DNA from: Rhynchopus sp. YZ270_cl-10
Taxonomy: Eukaryota
Assembly (NCBI GenBank): GCA_964035575.1
Contig: OZ037840.1
Coordinates: forward strand, 372,001-436,000
Direction: 5' to 3'
Length of the DNA stretch: 64,000 bases
The stretch's first letter is position 1. Every line of letters begins with the position of its first letter. Below are positions 1 through 10,852 of the stretch, piece after piece. The notes under the pieces are model-generated. The model was not told where the DNA came from and searched no databases. It worked only from the letters and a program-made list of their open reading frames with translations. The position numbers and the translations under genes were made by a program.

Positions 1-48
1 CGAGAACTGTGTACCCTTTTTGGTGCAATAACCGGCTGTACCGGGGAC

Positions 49-471
<423 letters not shown>

Positions 472-547
472 CCGGGGACCCCCCCAACCATCCATTTCGT
501 GGTTTACATCTGGAAGGAAAAAAATGGGGTATTTGGAGAGGACATAC

Positions 548-2716
548 TTTTCACCCGCAACACTCGCACTCCAGAAGTGCACGGAGACTGGGAGGAGGTA
601 TATCCACACAAGACCGCAGATACCCCCACCGAAGGAGGCGACGGTGCCCACCTCTACCTTGAAGGCGGCCGGGACAGTCGCAAGGACAATGAGGATTGCG
701 CTGACAAGCTGTGTTATGTGTAAGTGGTGTTCCGGAAGGGGAGGTGAACATAGGAATTTTATCGGAAGTTTATACGGGGTGGAGGGTAGAGTTGGCTAAA
801 GTGACGTATGTTTTTTTTTTTCTCAACATTTTTTTCAAGATGCGCAAAAAAATAAATTAGTTTCGCATTTTTAAAAGAGTGAAAACCCCCTCCTCCTCTT
901 CCTCCCCCACCTACTGTACTCTATTCTCACCATCATATTACAATACCGTCTAACAGATACTACCATAAAACCAAACTCCGCTAGAAAAAAAAAAAACTCA
1001 GAAAGAAAAAAAAAAAAAATCAAGCATTTTTACGGTCAGTATGATATTATGTTACCGGTACTAATGGGAAGCACATACCGCACTCATCCCGAGGGTGGGT
1101 CTGATGATTTTCGAGTCTCTGAAGAAATCGAAGACCTGTGTTCTACAGAGGTAGATCAGAAGCGGGTACACCATGCAGTTCTGCATCAGCACACAGATGC
1201 GGCACACAAAGGCGAAATAGTCATCTGTGGCAAACATCTTTTTGTCAATAAAGTTCGATTCGATCGTCCCCGCGCAGTGGCGGTATCCAAACACCGCCGA
1301 CAGCCCCGGCAGGATGTAGCAAATCGCCGTCCCAATATACCCAAGCAAATGATCCCTCCCCGCCTTCCCCGGGTTTGCAGATGTCTCCAATACCGGACAA
1401 ATCAAGTTGTGCAAAAAGAACGAAAGGCACAACACCGACGCAAACTGCGGCCAAGTGTCCTTATACAATTTGAAGTTGTCGACGGTGTGTACATGGGCGT
1501 GTTGGAGAAGAATGCTGGATAGTGTGCCATCTTCGTCCACCGAGAGAGATCCGCTTGCGCTGGTATTGTCGCTTCCGTCCTCCATGCCTGCGGGGCAAAG
1601 GGAAGGGTCATTCCAGACCTGGGCAGATTTGACGATAATGAATGTCATGTTAAAAAGAACAAAGACAATGGAGAAGGTGGACATCTTGAAAAGCGGCTCC
1701 AAATTTCTGATAAACGAGAACACAAACTGCAGCACCGCGACCGCCAGGGCAACGTAGAAATCAGAGAAGAACTTCCAGGAGGTGTCGCTCAGGCCGAGAA
1801 TCGATTGCGTGGAGTACTTATGATAGCTCATAAGCGCTACGACCAGGACCAACGTAGATGTCCACTGTGCAATGGCTTCAACTAAAGGAGACATCCGCCA
1901 GATTACCTTGAAGAAGTTTGTTTCGTTGAGCTTGACAGACTGAACGTAAATCATCCTGCACGTATACAGCGACACACAAAACCCAGCAAAGAAGACTATC
2001 AACGACATCAAAAATCCTGCCTGGTTAAATGCCCACGGCAACGTCAGCATTGTCGACCCACACATCGTTGTCCAAATGGTGAAGATGATACTCGCAGAGG
2101 ACGCACCCTCCTTCTTCTTTGGGTCTTTATGAAAAAAGAAGGTATCAATCCAATTGATTTGGTTGTGTACCGCCTCTTGTAAGCTTTCTGCTGCGACCGG
2201 TTGATCCAATAAGTGATCGAACGCGCCTATCTCGGTGTCGGTCTCCCCGGTTTCGCGAGCATGCTTTACCCCAGCCTCGTAGTAGGCTTTTCTGTGAAAT
2301 TGCGGGTGGTTGCGCGACATTATGACCGGCGTGGCTTGTTGTGCTGCCATGGTGGGGGAAGGTGCGGGGGAGCTGGTTGGGGATCCATTGTTCTGGTTCG
2401 CAGCGAACCCTGCCCCTTCAACCTCCACAGTAGGGGTACCTGGTCCTACCGTAAGCTGGGAGTGTGTCCGCCCTGCTGCGTGGTATGTTCGTGGCGAACG
2501 TTGCTCCCCATTGCGAAGAATGATCTCCCTGCCGTGCATCGGGGTGGACGAAACCACTGCAGGCGACACGCTGCTCCCCTCCTTCTCACTCCGTACGCTT
2601 CCATAGGAGCCGTACACCTGCGAGTTCTGTCTCGCCAGGGTCGGCACACTAACCGGTGCAGTCCGTTCGTTCACCGCCCCCTTCCCTAACAAAGTATCCT
2701 TCTCGCTATTTGACAT
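548..2716 (-). CDS. SLC38A9: SLC38A9-like amino-acid transporter (Aa_trans family); exons 2716-1079 and 708-548; 3' end probably continues outside the window
   Basis: Long hydrophilic N-terminus then TM helices; motifs IFTIWTTMCGSTMLTLPWAFNQAGF, PQFASVLCLSFFLHN, IESNF, VYPLLIYLCRTQ and GGGICGLVWIYLLP resemble SLC38A9. Phase-0 GT-AG intron 1078-709 (GCG|GTATGT ... CACAG|CTT); next donor GTATGT at 547. Confidence 0.85.
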
Positions 2717-2727
2717 CTCTTCTTAAG

Positions 2728-3850
2728 GGGGGGAGAGGGGAGGGAAGAAGAGGGGAGGGAGGGTGGAGGGGTGGGGAGGTTGACCACTCCTTATGGGTTG
2801 TGTGTTGTGTTGTGTTGTGCCCTGTGGTGGGGTGTGTGATGTCAGGTGTGGGTCATCCCTCTCATTAGGAATATATCCTATGGTATGGTGGGGGGGGGGG
2901 GAAGAAGAGGGGAGGGAGGGTGGAGGGGTGGGGAGGTTGACCACTCCTTATGGGTTGTGTGTTGTGTTGTGTTGTGCCCTGTGGTGGGGTGTGTGATGTC
3001 AGGTGTGGGTCATCCCTCTCATTAGGAATATATCCTATGGTATGGTGGGGGGGGGGGGAAGAAGAGGGGAGGGAGGGTGGAGGGGTGGGGAGGTTGACCA
3101 CTCCTTATGGGTTGTGTGTTGTGTTGTGTTGTGCCCTGTGGTGGGGTGTGTGATGTCAGGTGTGGGTCATCCCTCTCATTAGGAATATATCCTATGGTAT
3201 GGTGGGGGGGGGGGGGGAGAAGAGGGGAGGGAGGGTGGAGGGGTGGGGAGGTTGACCACTCCTTATGGGTTGTGTGTTGTGTTGTGTTGTGCCCTGTGGT
3301 GGGGTGTGTGATGTCAGGTGTGGGTCATCCCTCTCATTAGGAATATATCCTATGGTATGGTGGGGGGGGGGGGGGGAGAAGAGGGGAGGGAGGGTGGAGG
3401 GGTGGGGAGGTTGACCACTCCTTATGGGTTGTGTGTTGTGTTGTGTTGTGCCCTGTGGTGGGGTGTGTGATGTCAGGTGTGGGTCATCCCTCTCATTAGG
3501 AATATATCCTATGGTATGGTGGGGGGGGGGGGAAGAAGAGGGGAGGGAGGGTGGAGGGGTGGGGAGGTTGACCACTCCTTATGGGTTGTGTGTTGTGTTG
3601 TGTTGTGCCCTGTGGTGGGGTGTGTGATGTCAGGTGTGGGTCATCCCTCTCATTAGGAATATATCCTATGGTATGGTGGGGGGGGGGGGGGGGAGAAGAG
3701 GGGAGGGAGGGTGGAGGGGTGGGGAGGTTGACCACTCCTTATGGGTTGTGTGTTGTGTTGTGTTGTGCCCTGTGGTGGGGTGTGTGATGTCAGGTGTGGG
3801 TCATCCCTCTCATTAGGAATATATCCTATGGTATGGTGGGGGGGGGGGGG
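2728..3850. repeat. Tandem repeat, about 7 copies of a 157-160 bp unit, immediately upstream of the transporter ATG
   Basis: CATTAGGAATATATCCTATGG recurs 7 times at about 157-160 bp spacing; copies differ mainly in poly-G length. Confidence 0.95.
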
Positions 3851-4486
3851 CTTGTTTTGATAAAATTAGAGAATTCAGATATTATTTTCAATCGAAAGAC
3901 GGAGTTGTATCCACCAGCGTGATAAGAAATTAAGTTCTGGTGTTTTTTTCAGGCACGAGGCATGTCATCAAAAACGATGGGGGGAAAAAAACAAAAAAGT
4001 AAAAAAGAAACTATGGTAGGGGGGGGTGAGATGTTTCGTGGTGGTGTGTGTTTAACTAATAGGGGTAATTCTTGCGCAGAATATGGTCCCAAATGGTGAC
4101 GTGTGTGTGTGGGGTTGAGGGATGAGGATACGAAAGGAATAAAGGTGGGGTGTGTAAGCACACAGACCAGATGCTTACTTTCGAGGCACGGACGGGGCGG
4201 GGGGGAAATGGCTGTTGGGTGGGGCTTTGTTTGTGGGATTAGCTTTTTTTTTGAAAAAAATGTTTTTTTCGTTGAAAAAATCGTGTTATTACTGGTTTGA
4301 AAAGGAAACGGAATGCTGCAAAATACCTCACCTTACACTATCGGAGGGTAGGCAAGATGGAAATGACACACAATCTGCTACACACCTCTAGGTGGCCCAG
4401 TGTTGCTTCTCTGCACTGCATATGACACACTGCTTTAGAATAAGTAAAAGAAATAAATTTCTTTATCACAAAATTGCTGGTGCTAT

Positions 4487-4564
4487 ACGGGGGGTTTTCA
4501 CAACTTTTTCACAATTTTTCACACCCACAAAAAGTTGTGAAAAGGTTGTGAAACCCCGCCCCGT
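4487..4564. repeat. Short imperfect palindrome (possible minimal MITE)
   Basis: ACGGGGGGTTTTCACAACTTTTTCACAA ... TTGTGAAAAGGTTGTGAAACCCCGCCCCGT; no clear TSD. Confidence 0.6.
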
Positions 4565-5695
4565 TTTGCACCTGCTATGATGCATATGACATGCCATGGT
4601 ACCTGTTAAACAGTAACGAGAACTTCATAAGGACTTCCCACATCATTTACCATGTAACCATGTCATGTCATTCCATAAGTATACAATGATCGCTGTGCAA
4701 GCCATTTTACCCCCCCTTTTGAAAACAGTTGTATTTTTTATTTGAAACAGGCTGAGGGGACTCTCCCTAAAAAAAAGGGGGTAATTACCACCCGAGCAAC
4801 ACTCACACAACACAGCGCAGTGAAGACTGCAGAGGGGGAAAAGGGGGGCACGATGGAGGGGATATTTGAGTGATCAACGAAATGTGCAGCCACGGCGAAA
4901 CTATTTTAAGTATTTCAACGATGCACTCAAATTGATAGCATAGGAGGAGGGACAAAAAAATGTTCCTATCTTTCTATTTTTAGGAAAAATATGCGTATCA
5001 ACTGAACCTAAATAAAGCCTCTTCTCTTCGTGCCAAACTTTTTGGTCACCTTGTATTACAATCGTTTTCTCACAACGGTGGGAAGGGGGAGAAGGGGGGG
5101 AAGGGGGGCTTCCTACTCTCCGCTCCTACCCACCCCTCTCTCTCCCCTGTCCTGTCCCGCCCCCCAAAAAATAAATCCCCCCCCATCATGTACACGAAGT
5201 CGCTACGGAATAGATCCACAGCGGACTTGCTCGGTGCTTCTCAGATTCCCCCAAACGAGGAGGATTTTGCTCCAGACCACTTTTTTTTTTGAAGAAAAAA
5301 AAGGAAGAAGAAGAAAAAACGGTGTTTTGACTGTTTTTGAGTTTGTACGAAAAAATGTGGGGTTGAAAACGTGCAGACACTTCTTGGGGTGCAGGCACGT
5401 CCATAAAACACGATAAAAAAAAAAAACTTGAAAAAAATGGAAAAATGCGCCTCTCGTGCACACACATCGAAAAACACTTCATTCCCTTCAGATTTCTTTC
5501 ATTGAGTTTCATGGTAAGGGAAAGACAAGCTGGCCAAGGAGTACATCCACAGTGTTAACTTGTCGTTTCGTAAGGCGGGGGGTTGTAAAAAAGGGGGAGA
5601 TTTTTTTTTTTTTTCTGCCGACAATCGCCGAAAAGGATCCACCTTGGGTGTTCTCAATATCCCCACAATTTTTTTTTTTTTCTAATCAAACACAA

Positions 5696-7800
5696 CAGGC
5701 CCCAGCCTAACCATCGACCCATCAACCCATGTTTTTCAGGGTAGATCCTTATTTTCGCTAAAAACGCTAAAAATCCCAGATTTATTTTCGTTTTTTTCCT
5801 TTTTTTTTTCTCTCCCGTTTTTGAAATTTTTCCGCGCAGGCCTGACGCTAACTTTCAGGTTTTTGGGAAATCGTGGGAGTTATGGTTTGTCCAGCGAGCG
5901 GAAAAATTGAGTAACGGTCTAAAAAAAAATCCAACAAGCAGGTTGACTGTACTGAGGCAGAATAGTGGTGTTTTTTTACACATCTCAGCTGTCGTAGAAC
6001 TAAACCCCAGGGGATAATATAGGTTTGGGGGTTTTCGCTGAAACTCGGTCGAGCCCAACCCAGCTCGTTAGGGCCTCCGGCGGAATGTGAGAATTCCTCG
6101 GTTATCCCACTGCGGAGTTCGGCACTGTATTGATAATTGCACCAGGCACCTCAGTATATTTACAAAAAGAAACGGCGGTCGTGGCACCCATGGCGAAGCC
6201 ACGGTACGCAACATTTCTGAAAATGTTGCCATAAAACGGCACTGTCGTTGGTAATTATCAACAGTTACTGTAAATTTTACTTCCAGATTTTGCTGAAACG
6301 AAAGTTTCTGGCGAAGCCACGGTACGCAATATTTCAAAAAAAATGCGCTCAAAATTGCACATTTTTACTGCCAAACTAGTCATGGGAAGGGTGTGTTGCA
6401 ATCTTGCGCCGCAGGCACACGGTACGCTACTTTTTTCCTTTCGCATGCTTCCTTTTCCTTCGGTATTTGACCAATTAAATCGCATTCTGGCTGTGACCCT
6501 TGTCGGACACTGCGCCCTCTGACAAGGGTAATACTTTCTAGAAGCATTCTGAAAAAAAGTGGTAGTGCCCGGCATTAGCAAGAAAATTTTCAAAATTAAA
6601 TAGGTAGTGCCAATGCACCAGCAGTTTGGGTAGGCGAGACCGCATTGGGTGAACCTCCGCGAGCGCAGCGAGCGGAAATTTTTTTCCGCAGTTTTTGGGC
6701 AAAGTTCAAAATCCCACCAAAAATTAAGTTGTGGAAATAGTAATTGTGTTCTTCAAAAATATGCTTCAAAATTGTCTTATGCAAGGCGACACTGATAATT
6801 GACACTCATTGGTCCTTGTCTTATGAAGTGAAGACAAATATTAAAGGGGCATTGGCGGGCCGAAGGCCAGCCAAAAAAACGGTAGCGAACTTTTACTTTT
6901 TTTCCTTTCAGTTTCCCCCTTATTTTGACTTTCCGGATCGATTGCGGACCGTGGTGGTGCCACTCTGTGGCTGGAAATTAGTAGGTAACCAAAAAAATGA
7001 GCCAGAGAAAAAAGGAAAAAAAAAAAGGAAAAAAAAATAAAAAATCTCAAATCCTTATTTTCACTTTCGCTAAGGATCTACCCTGCATGTTTTTGGCCTT
7101 TTTTTTTTTTTTTTTTCCATCGACCCATCAACCCATCGACCCGGATACCCGGGTCGATGGGTCGATGGGTCGATGGGTACCGGGTTGACCCGGCGTATTT
7201 TTTTTTGGGATACCATCAACCCGGTAGGGGGTGATTGGGAATTTTTTGAGATACCATCGAGCCGGACTCAATTGGTCAAACGTCGAAGGAAAAGGAAGCA
7301 TGCAGCATGGCGAAAGGAAAAAAGTAGCGTACCGTGCGCCTGCGGCGCAAGCTTGCATCACACCCTTCCCATGACATAGTTTGGCAGTAAAAATGTGCAA
7401 TTTCAAGCGCAATTTTTTGAAATGTTGCGTACCGTGGCTTCGCCTGGAACCTTTGGGTGACATGTCGCCATTTCTTTTGTAAATGTACTGAGGTTACTGA
7501 TAATTCGCGCACCATGTGTGCCTGGTGCAAATATCAATGAAGTGCCGAACGCCTCCGTTGGATAACCGAGGAACTCTCACATTCCGCCGGAGGCCCCCAA
7601 CTTGAGCTGGGGTGGGGACCCGGGCGCGCGAAGCGCGCCCGGGCTCGACCGAGCTTTGATCTTCTTCTTCCTGTGACTAGCTTGTCAGCGGAGAAAGCTC
7701 GGGAAGCACTAGTAAAAATAACTTTTTTCTCTCTCTTTTTTTTTTTTTTTCAAATGGGTCGATGGTTTTGGCTGAGGCCCGGGAGTTAGGCTGAGGCCTG
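5696..7800. mobile_element. Non-autonomous hAT-like TIR element (2.1 kb) with long internal inverted arms
   Basis: Ends CAGGCCCAGCCTAAC / GTTAGGCTGAGGCCTG (1-nt indel); 8-bp TSD AAACACAA at 5688-5695 and 7801-7808; subterminal CCATCGACCCAT motifs; internal diverged inverted arms about 6044-6480 vs 7265-7652. Confidence 0.85.
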
Positions 7801-7843
7801 AAACACAAAAAAAAACCTTCTTTTTTAACAGGATGTACACACT

Positions 7844-8521
7844 TTAAGGCTGGATCGATCCAGGCCCGATGGAGTCAGAGTTCTTGTAGATTTCTTGCAT
7901 CGAGGATGTGAGGGACCTTTGCAGCTTGAGCGGGTGGTTGTAGAAGAGGTACATGACTGCTGCCCAAATGAGCGATCCGAATACATGGTAGTTGCGTGCC
8001 ACCTCTGCTGGGTTGTGGTGAATTCCCAGACTGTCGCCAGCGATCTTCACAGACCCAAAGAGGATACGGCTCAAGAGATACAAATTAATCTGCACCACAA
8101 TCGGGTCGTCCGTGGACCACACATAGCTTCCTCCCAGAAGTCCTGCCAAGGCACTATGCCAATTTCTGTTCGCACCGCTCACCCTTCTCAGCACCGCAAG
8201 AAGGGCCTTAAAAATGAGCGCAAAAGTACCAAGGTTTCTCGCGTGTCCCCAAGCGTTGGCAAGGCATTTGACAAGGTTCTTGCGCACGCTGTCCTTCGAG
8301 AACAGAATTGCCATGACCAATGAATGCACAAAACGGATTCGTGCCCCGTACCACATCCCGTTGCGGGCACCCTTCACAACCTGGAGTGCGTCCTTCCAAA
8401 GGTCGCCAGTCATGCCGGGGTCTTTGTCCAGGAAAGGAAGTGCCGGGGCTTTCAGGGCAGAAACCACTAAGGCACCGCGCACGGCATTTTCCAAGGTAAA
8501 GAGCTCTGGGTCGGGCTTCAT
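7844..8521 (-). CDS. PXMP4: Peroxisomal membrane protein 4-like (PXMP4/PMP24, Tim17-related family)
   Basis: Motifs KGARNGMWYGARIRFVHSLVMAILF, HARNLGTFALIFK, AGLLGGSYVW, QINLYLLSR, WAAVMYLF and LQRSLTSSMQEIY; ATG at 8521 (MKPDPELF); intronless. Confidence 0.9.
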   Translation of the reverse strand: MKPDPELFTLENAVRGALVVSALKAPALPFLDKDPGMTGDLWKDALQVVKGARNGMWYGARIRFVHSLVMAILFSKDSVRKNLVKCLANAWGHARNLGTFALIFKALLAVLRRVSGANRNWHSALAGLLGGSYVWSTDDPIVVQINLYLLSRILFGSVKIAGDSLGIHHNPAEVARNYHVFGSLIWAAVMYLFYNHPLKLQRSLTSSMQEIYKNSDSIGPGSIQP

Positions 8522-8618
8522 CGTGTAGGGTGGGAGAGGGGTTCTGTGGTCTGGTGGGTTTTGGATGGAGGGGGTGAGTGGAGTGTGAAGCACGGCGGGA
8601 AAAAAATAGATTCATATA

Positions 8619-8721
8619 CCGTCTTCGTAAAAATGTTCGATCGTACTAATGTTCGTCCTTTTCCGGATTTTTCTGGAAGTTCGTCCTTTTTTACGGTCGA
8701 ACATTTTTTTTACGAAGACGG
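8619..8721. mobile_element. Tc1/mariner-type MITE (103 bp)
   Basis: TIR CCGTCTTCGTAAAAATGTTCGA / TCGAACATTTTTTTTACGAAGACGG, flanked by TA on both sides (8617-8618, 8722-8723). Confidence 0.8.
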
Positions 8722-8929
8722 TACTTTCAGTTCACAGAATTGAAAGTATATGAATATAATCAAAACTGTTGTAACTAAAGGTGGCAAATGAAGGATTCCT
8801 GTAGATAGCCCTCCCGATAGAGTTGGCTGTACTTGGTGTAAGTACATACAAGGAAACAGTGAAAAATCTTCACGGCGTTGGGTTTGAATGTACATAGGTC
8901 ATTTGAGTGACAGAATGCGAAGCACAGTA

Positions 8930-9520
8930 TGAACAAGGTACAGAAACACATCGGAGACGATTCAGATGGCTTCCCGCAGAACGCCGACGACGCCAGCAGC
9001 GACTTTTTGTTTTTTTTGAAAACTGTATGGCGTTCAACAACGTGGATTCAAGGAGTTTTCACAAGCTGGTTTCCACCATTCATCGCCTACCCCACAGCTC
9101 GAATACAGCCCCCAAGACAGGAAAAGACTGGGGGGTGAATTGCTGACGCAGTGGGGAAGTTTTTTCTCTCTGGTCGGGCTGAAGGGCCGTTGCAGCAACA
9201 TCAACCACAACGGAAGCAGGCCATGGACACCATGAATGAACGGGTGGAAAAGGACGTGCACCGACTACTGCACTACGGACTGACCCTCACGCATGACGGC
9301 TTTCAAAATGTTCAAAAACGATATATTTTTAACATGATTGCTAGTACCGAGGCCACGTTCTACGTGAAGAACAGTACCACTGGTGCAGACACGAAGAGCA
9401 CGCAATTCCGACACCTTTGAATGCTGATGAAACAACGTTTGGCATAGCTGGATCGCGGCCCTCACGTTGCTACCGCCTTCCAAGGGTACGCATCAAGTTG
9501 CAGCACCGTAAGCGCGTTGT
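8930..9520 (+). pseudogene. Decayed hAT-family transposase fragment (DUF659-like region)
   Basis: Broken frames give FFENCMAFNNVDSRSFHKLVSTI and YGLTLTHDGFQNVQKRYIFNMIASTEATFYVKNSTTGADTKSTQF, resembling the hAT FF..GIPFN.V.S..F and GxTLxxDGW...IINF...FLKS patterns; stops and frameshifts present; boundaries approximate. Confidence 0.7.
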
Positions 9521-9816
9521 TGAGGTGACACCCCCACCCCACCCACCCTACCTCGTACTCACCATGCGGTGCTAGACGACGCCATTCGTGCTCACTCAAC
9601 CCCCCAAAACCCTCCCACTTCCTCCCTCTGCACCGATGACCTTCCGTGCACGTTGTCCTCTTAGAGCAAAGGGTGTGCTCCGTAAGAGTCCTTCGAACCG
9701 GTTCTCTTCTTCTCCCTAGTCCTGTCCTCTTTGAAGCGGTGTAGTCATGTGGTACAAATCGTTCATGAACCGTGACGTGCATCTCTGCGGTGCGTTCATG
9801 AGGCTGATGGAAAATG

Positions 9817-10460
9817 GTGATAAGGTCCCAACTCATGCAGGCGGGAAGGTGTCCCGACACTGGCCGGAGATAGGGTGCATGACGCACCCCTGCCAGAGGA
9901 CGGGTGCCCATATGAGAAGGAAGAAGACCCTTGCCCAACCCAACGTACCAAGTGTATGAGGTGTGGGAGGTGAGGCAAGAAGGCGAGAGAAGCGTCTGCA
10001 CCACATCACTGCCAAGGTGTCGGCAGTCGACACATGGCGTGCGAAGAGGTGCAGGCTCCAGAAGACTGCGCCAAACATGCCGCCCAGGACACAAACCCTC
10101 GCTGCCTGCAGGTCTCAACCACACGACCCCTCTGGACTGCAAAGAACAAAGCACAACACGCACATCTACCTTCCTCCACAGCCACCACAGTGGTTTCTCC
10201 TCGTCTCTTGCCGACACCCACACAGCATCCCTCCCAACCCACCCACACCCAGACCCACACCCACACTCACCCTCCACTGCAGTGCAGCACCACACCTGCC
10301 CACCTCCTCCCACACCGCAGCACATGCCTGCCTGCCAAGAGAGCACCACCCCACACGACTGCGCTCTCCTCACACCACCCTAGTCCTGTTCATGTGGTGC
10401 ACGTCTGCGCCTGCAACCCTCCACCTTGCATCCCACACACTTGTCTTCACCTCCCTCTCC
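9817..10460. repeat. About 640-bp direct repeat, copy 1 (copy 2 at about 13881-14520)
   Basis: Near-identical sequence and ORF translations at offset 4064 (ORFs 9931 vs 13995). Confidence 0.9.
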
Positions 10461-10852
10461 TCACACTCTCCTGACCAGTGCACGAGCAGCAGAGGTCGCT
10501 GGCAGAGCACGTGCCAGACACACTTTTATCCCACACCCCCTTTTCCAGAAGCTCTAGTCAAACCCAGTGGCCTACCCAGTACACAACAGAGCGACAGCCC
10601 TGCCATCGAGAACACCACCCCTCCGCGTCAGAGGCGCCCCTCTTCTGGTGTTGGTAGATCTGATGTACGTTACCATCACAACACAGAAGATCTATTCTGA
10701 CGACACCGTCCATCAGAACACAACACAAACCTCAACCTGCCTTGCCTGCCCTCCCCCTCCACCACATACCCTACTAGAGAAGCCTTTCCTCATGACTGCC
10801 GCTCCGATATGTCATATGCTCTGTGTCGGAGGAGTGGAGAGATAAGAGAGCA

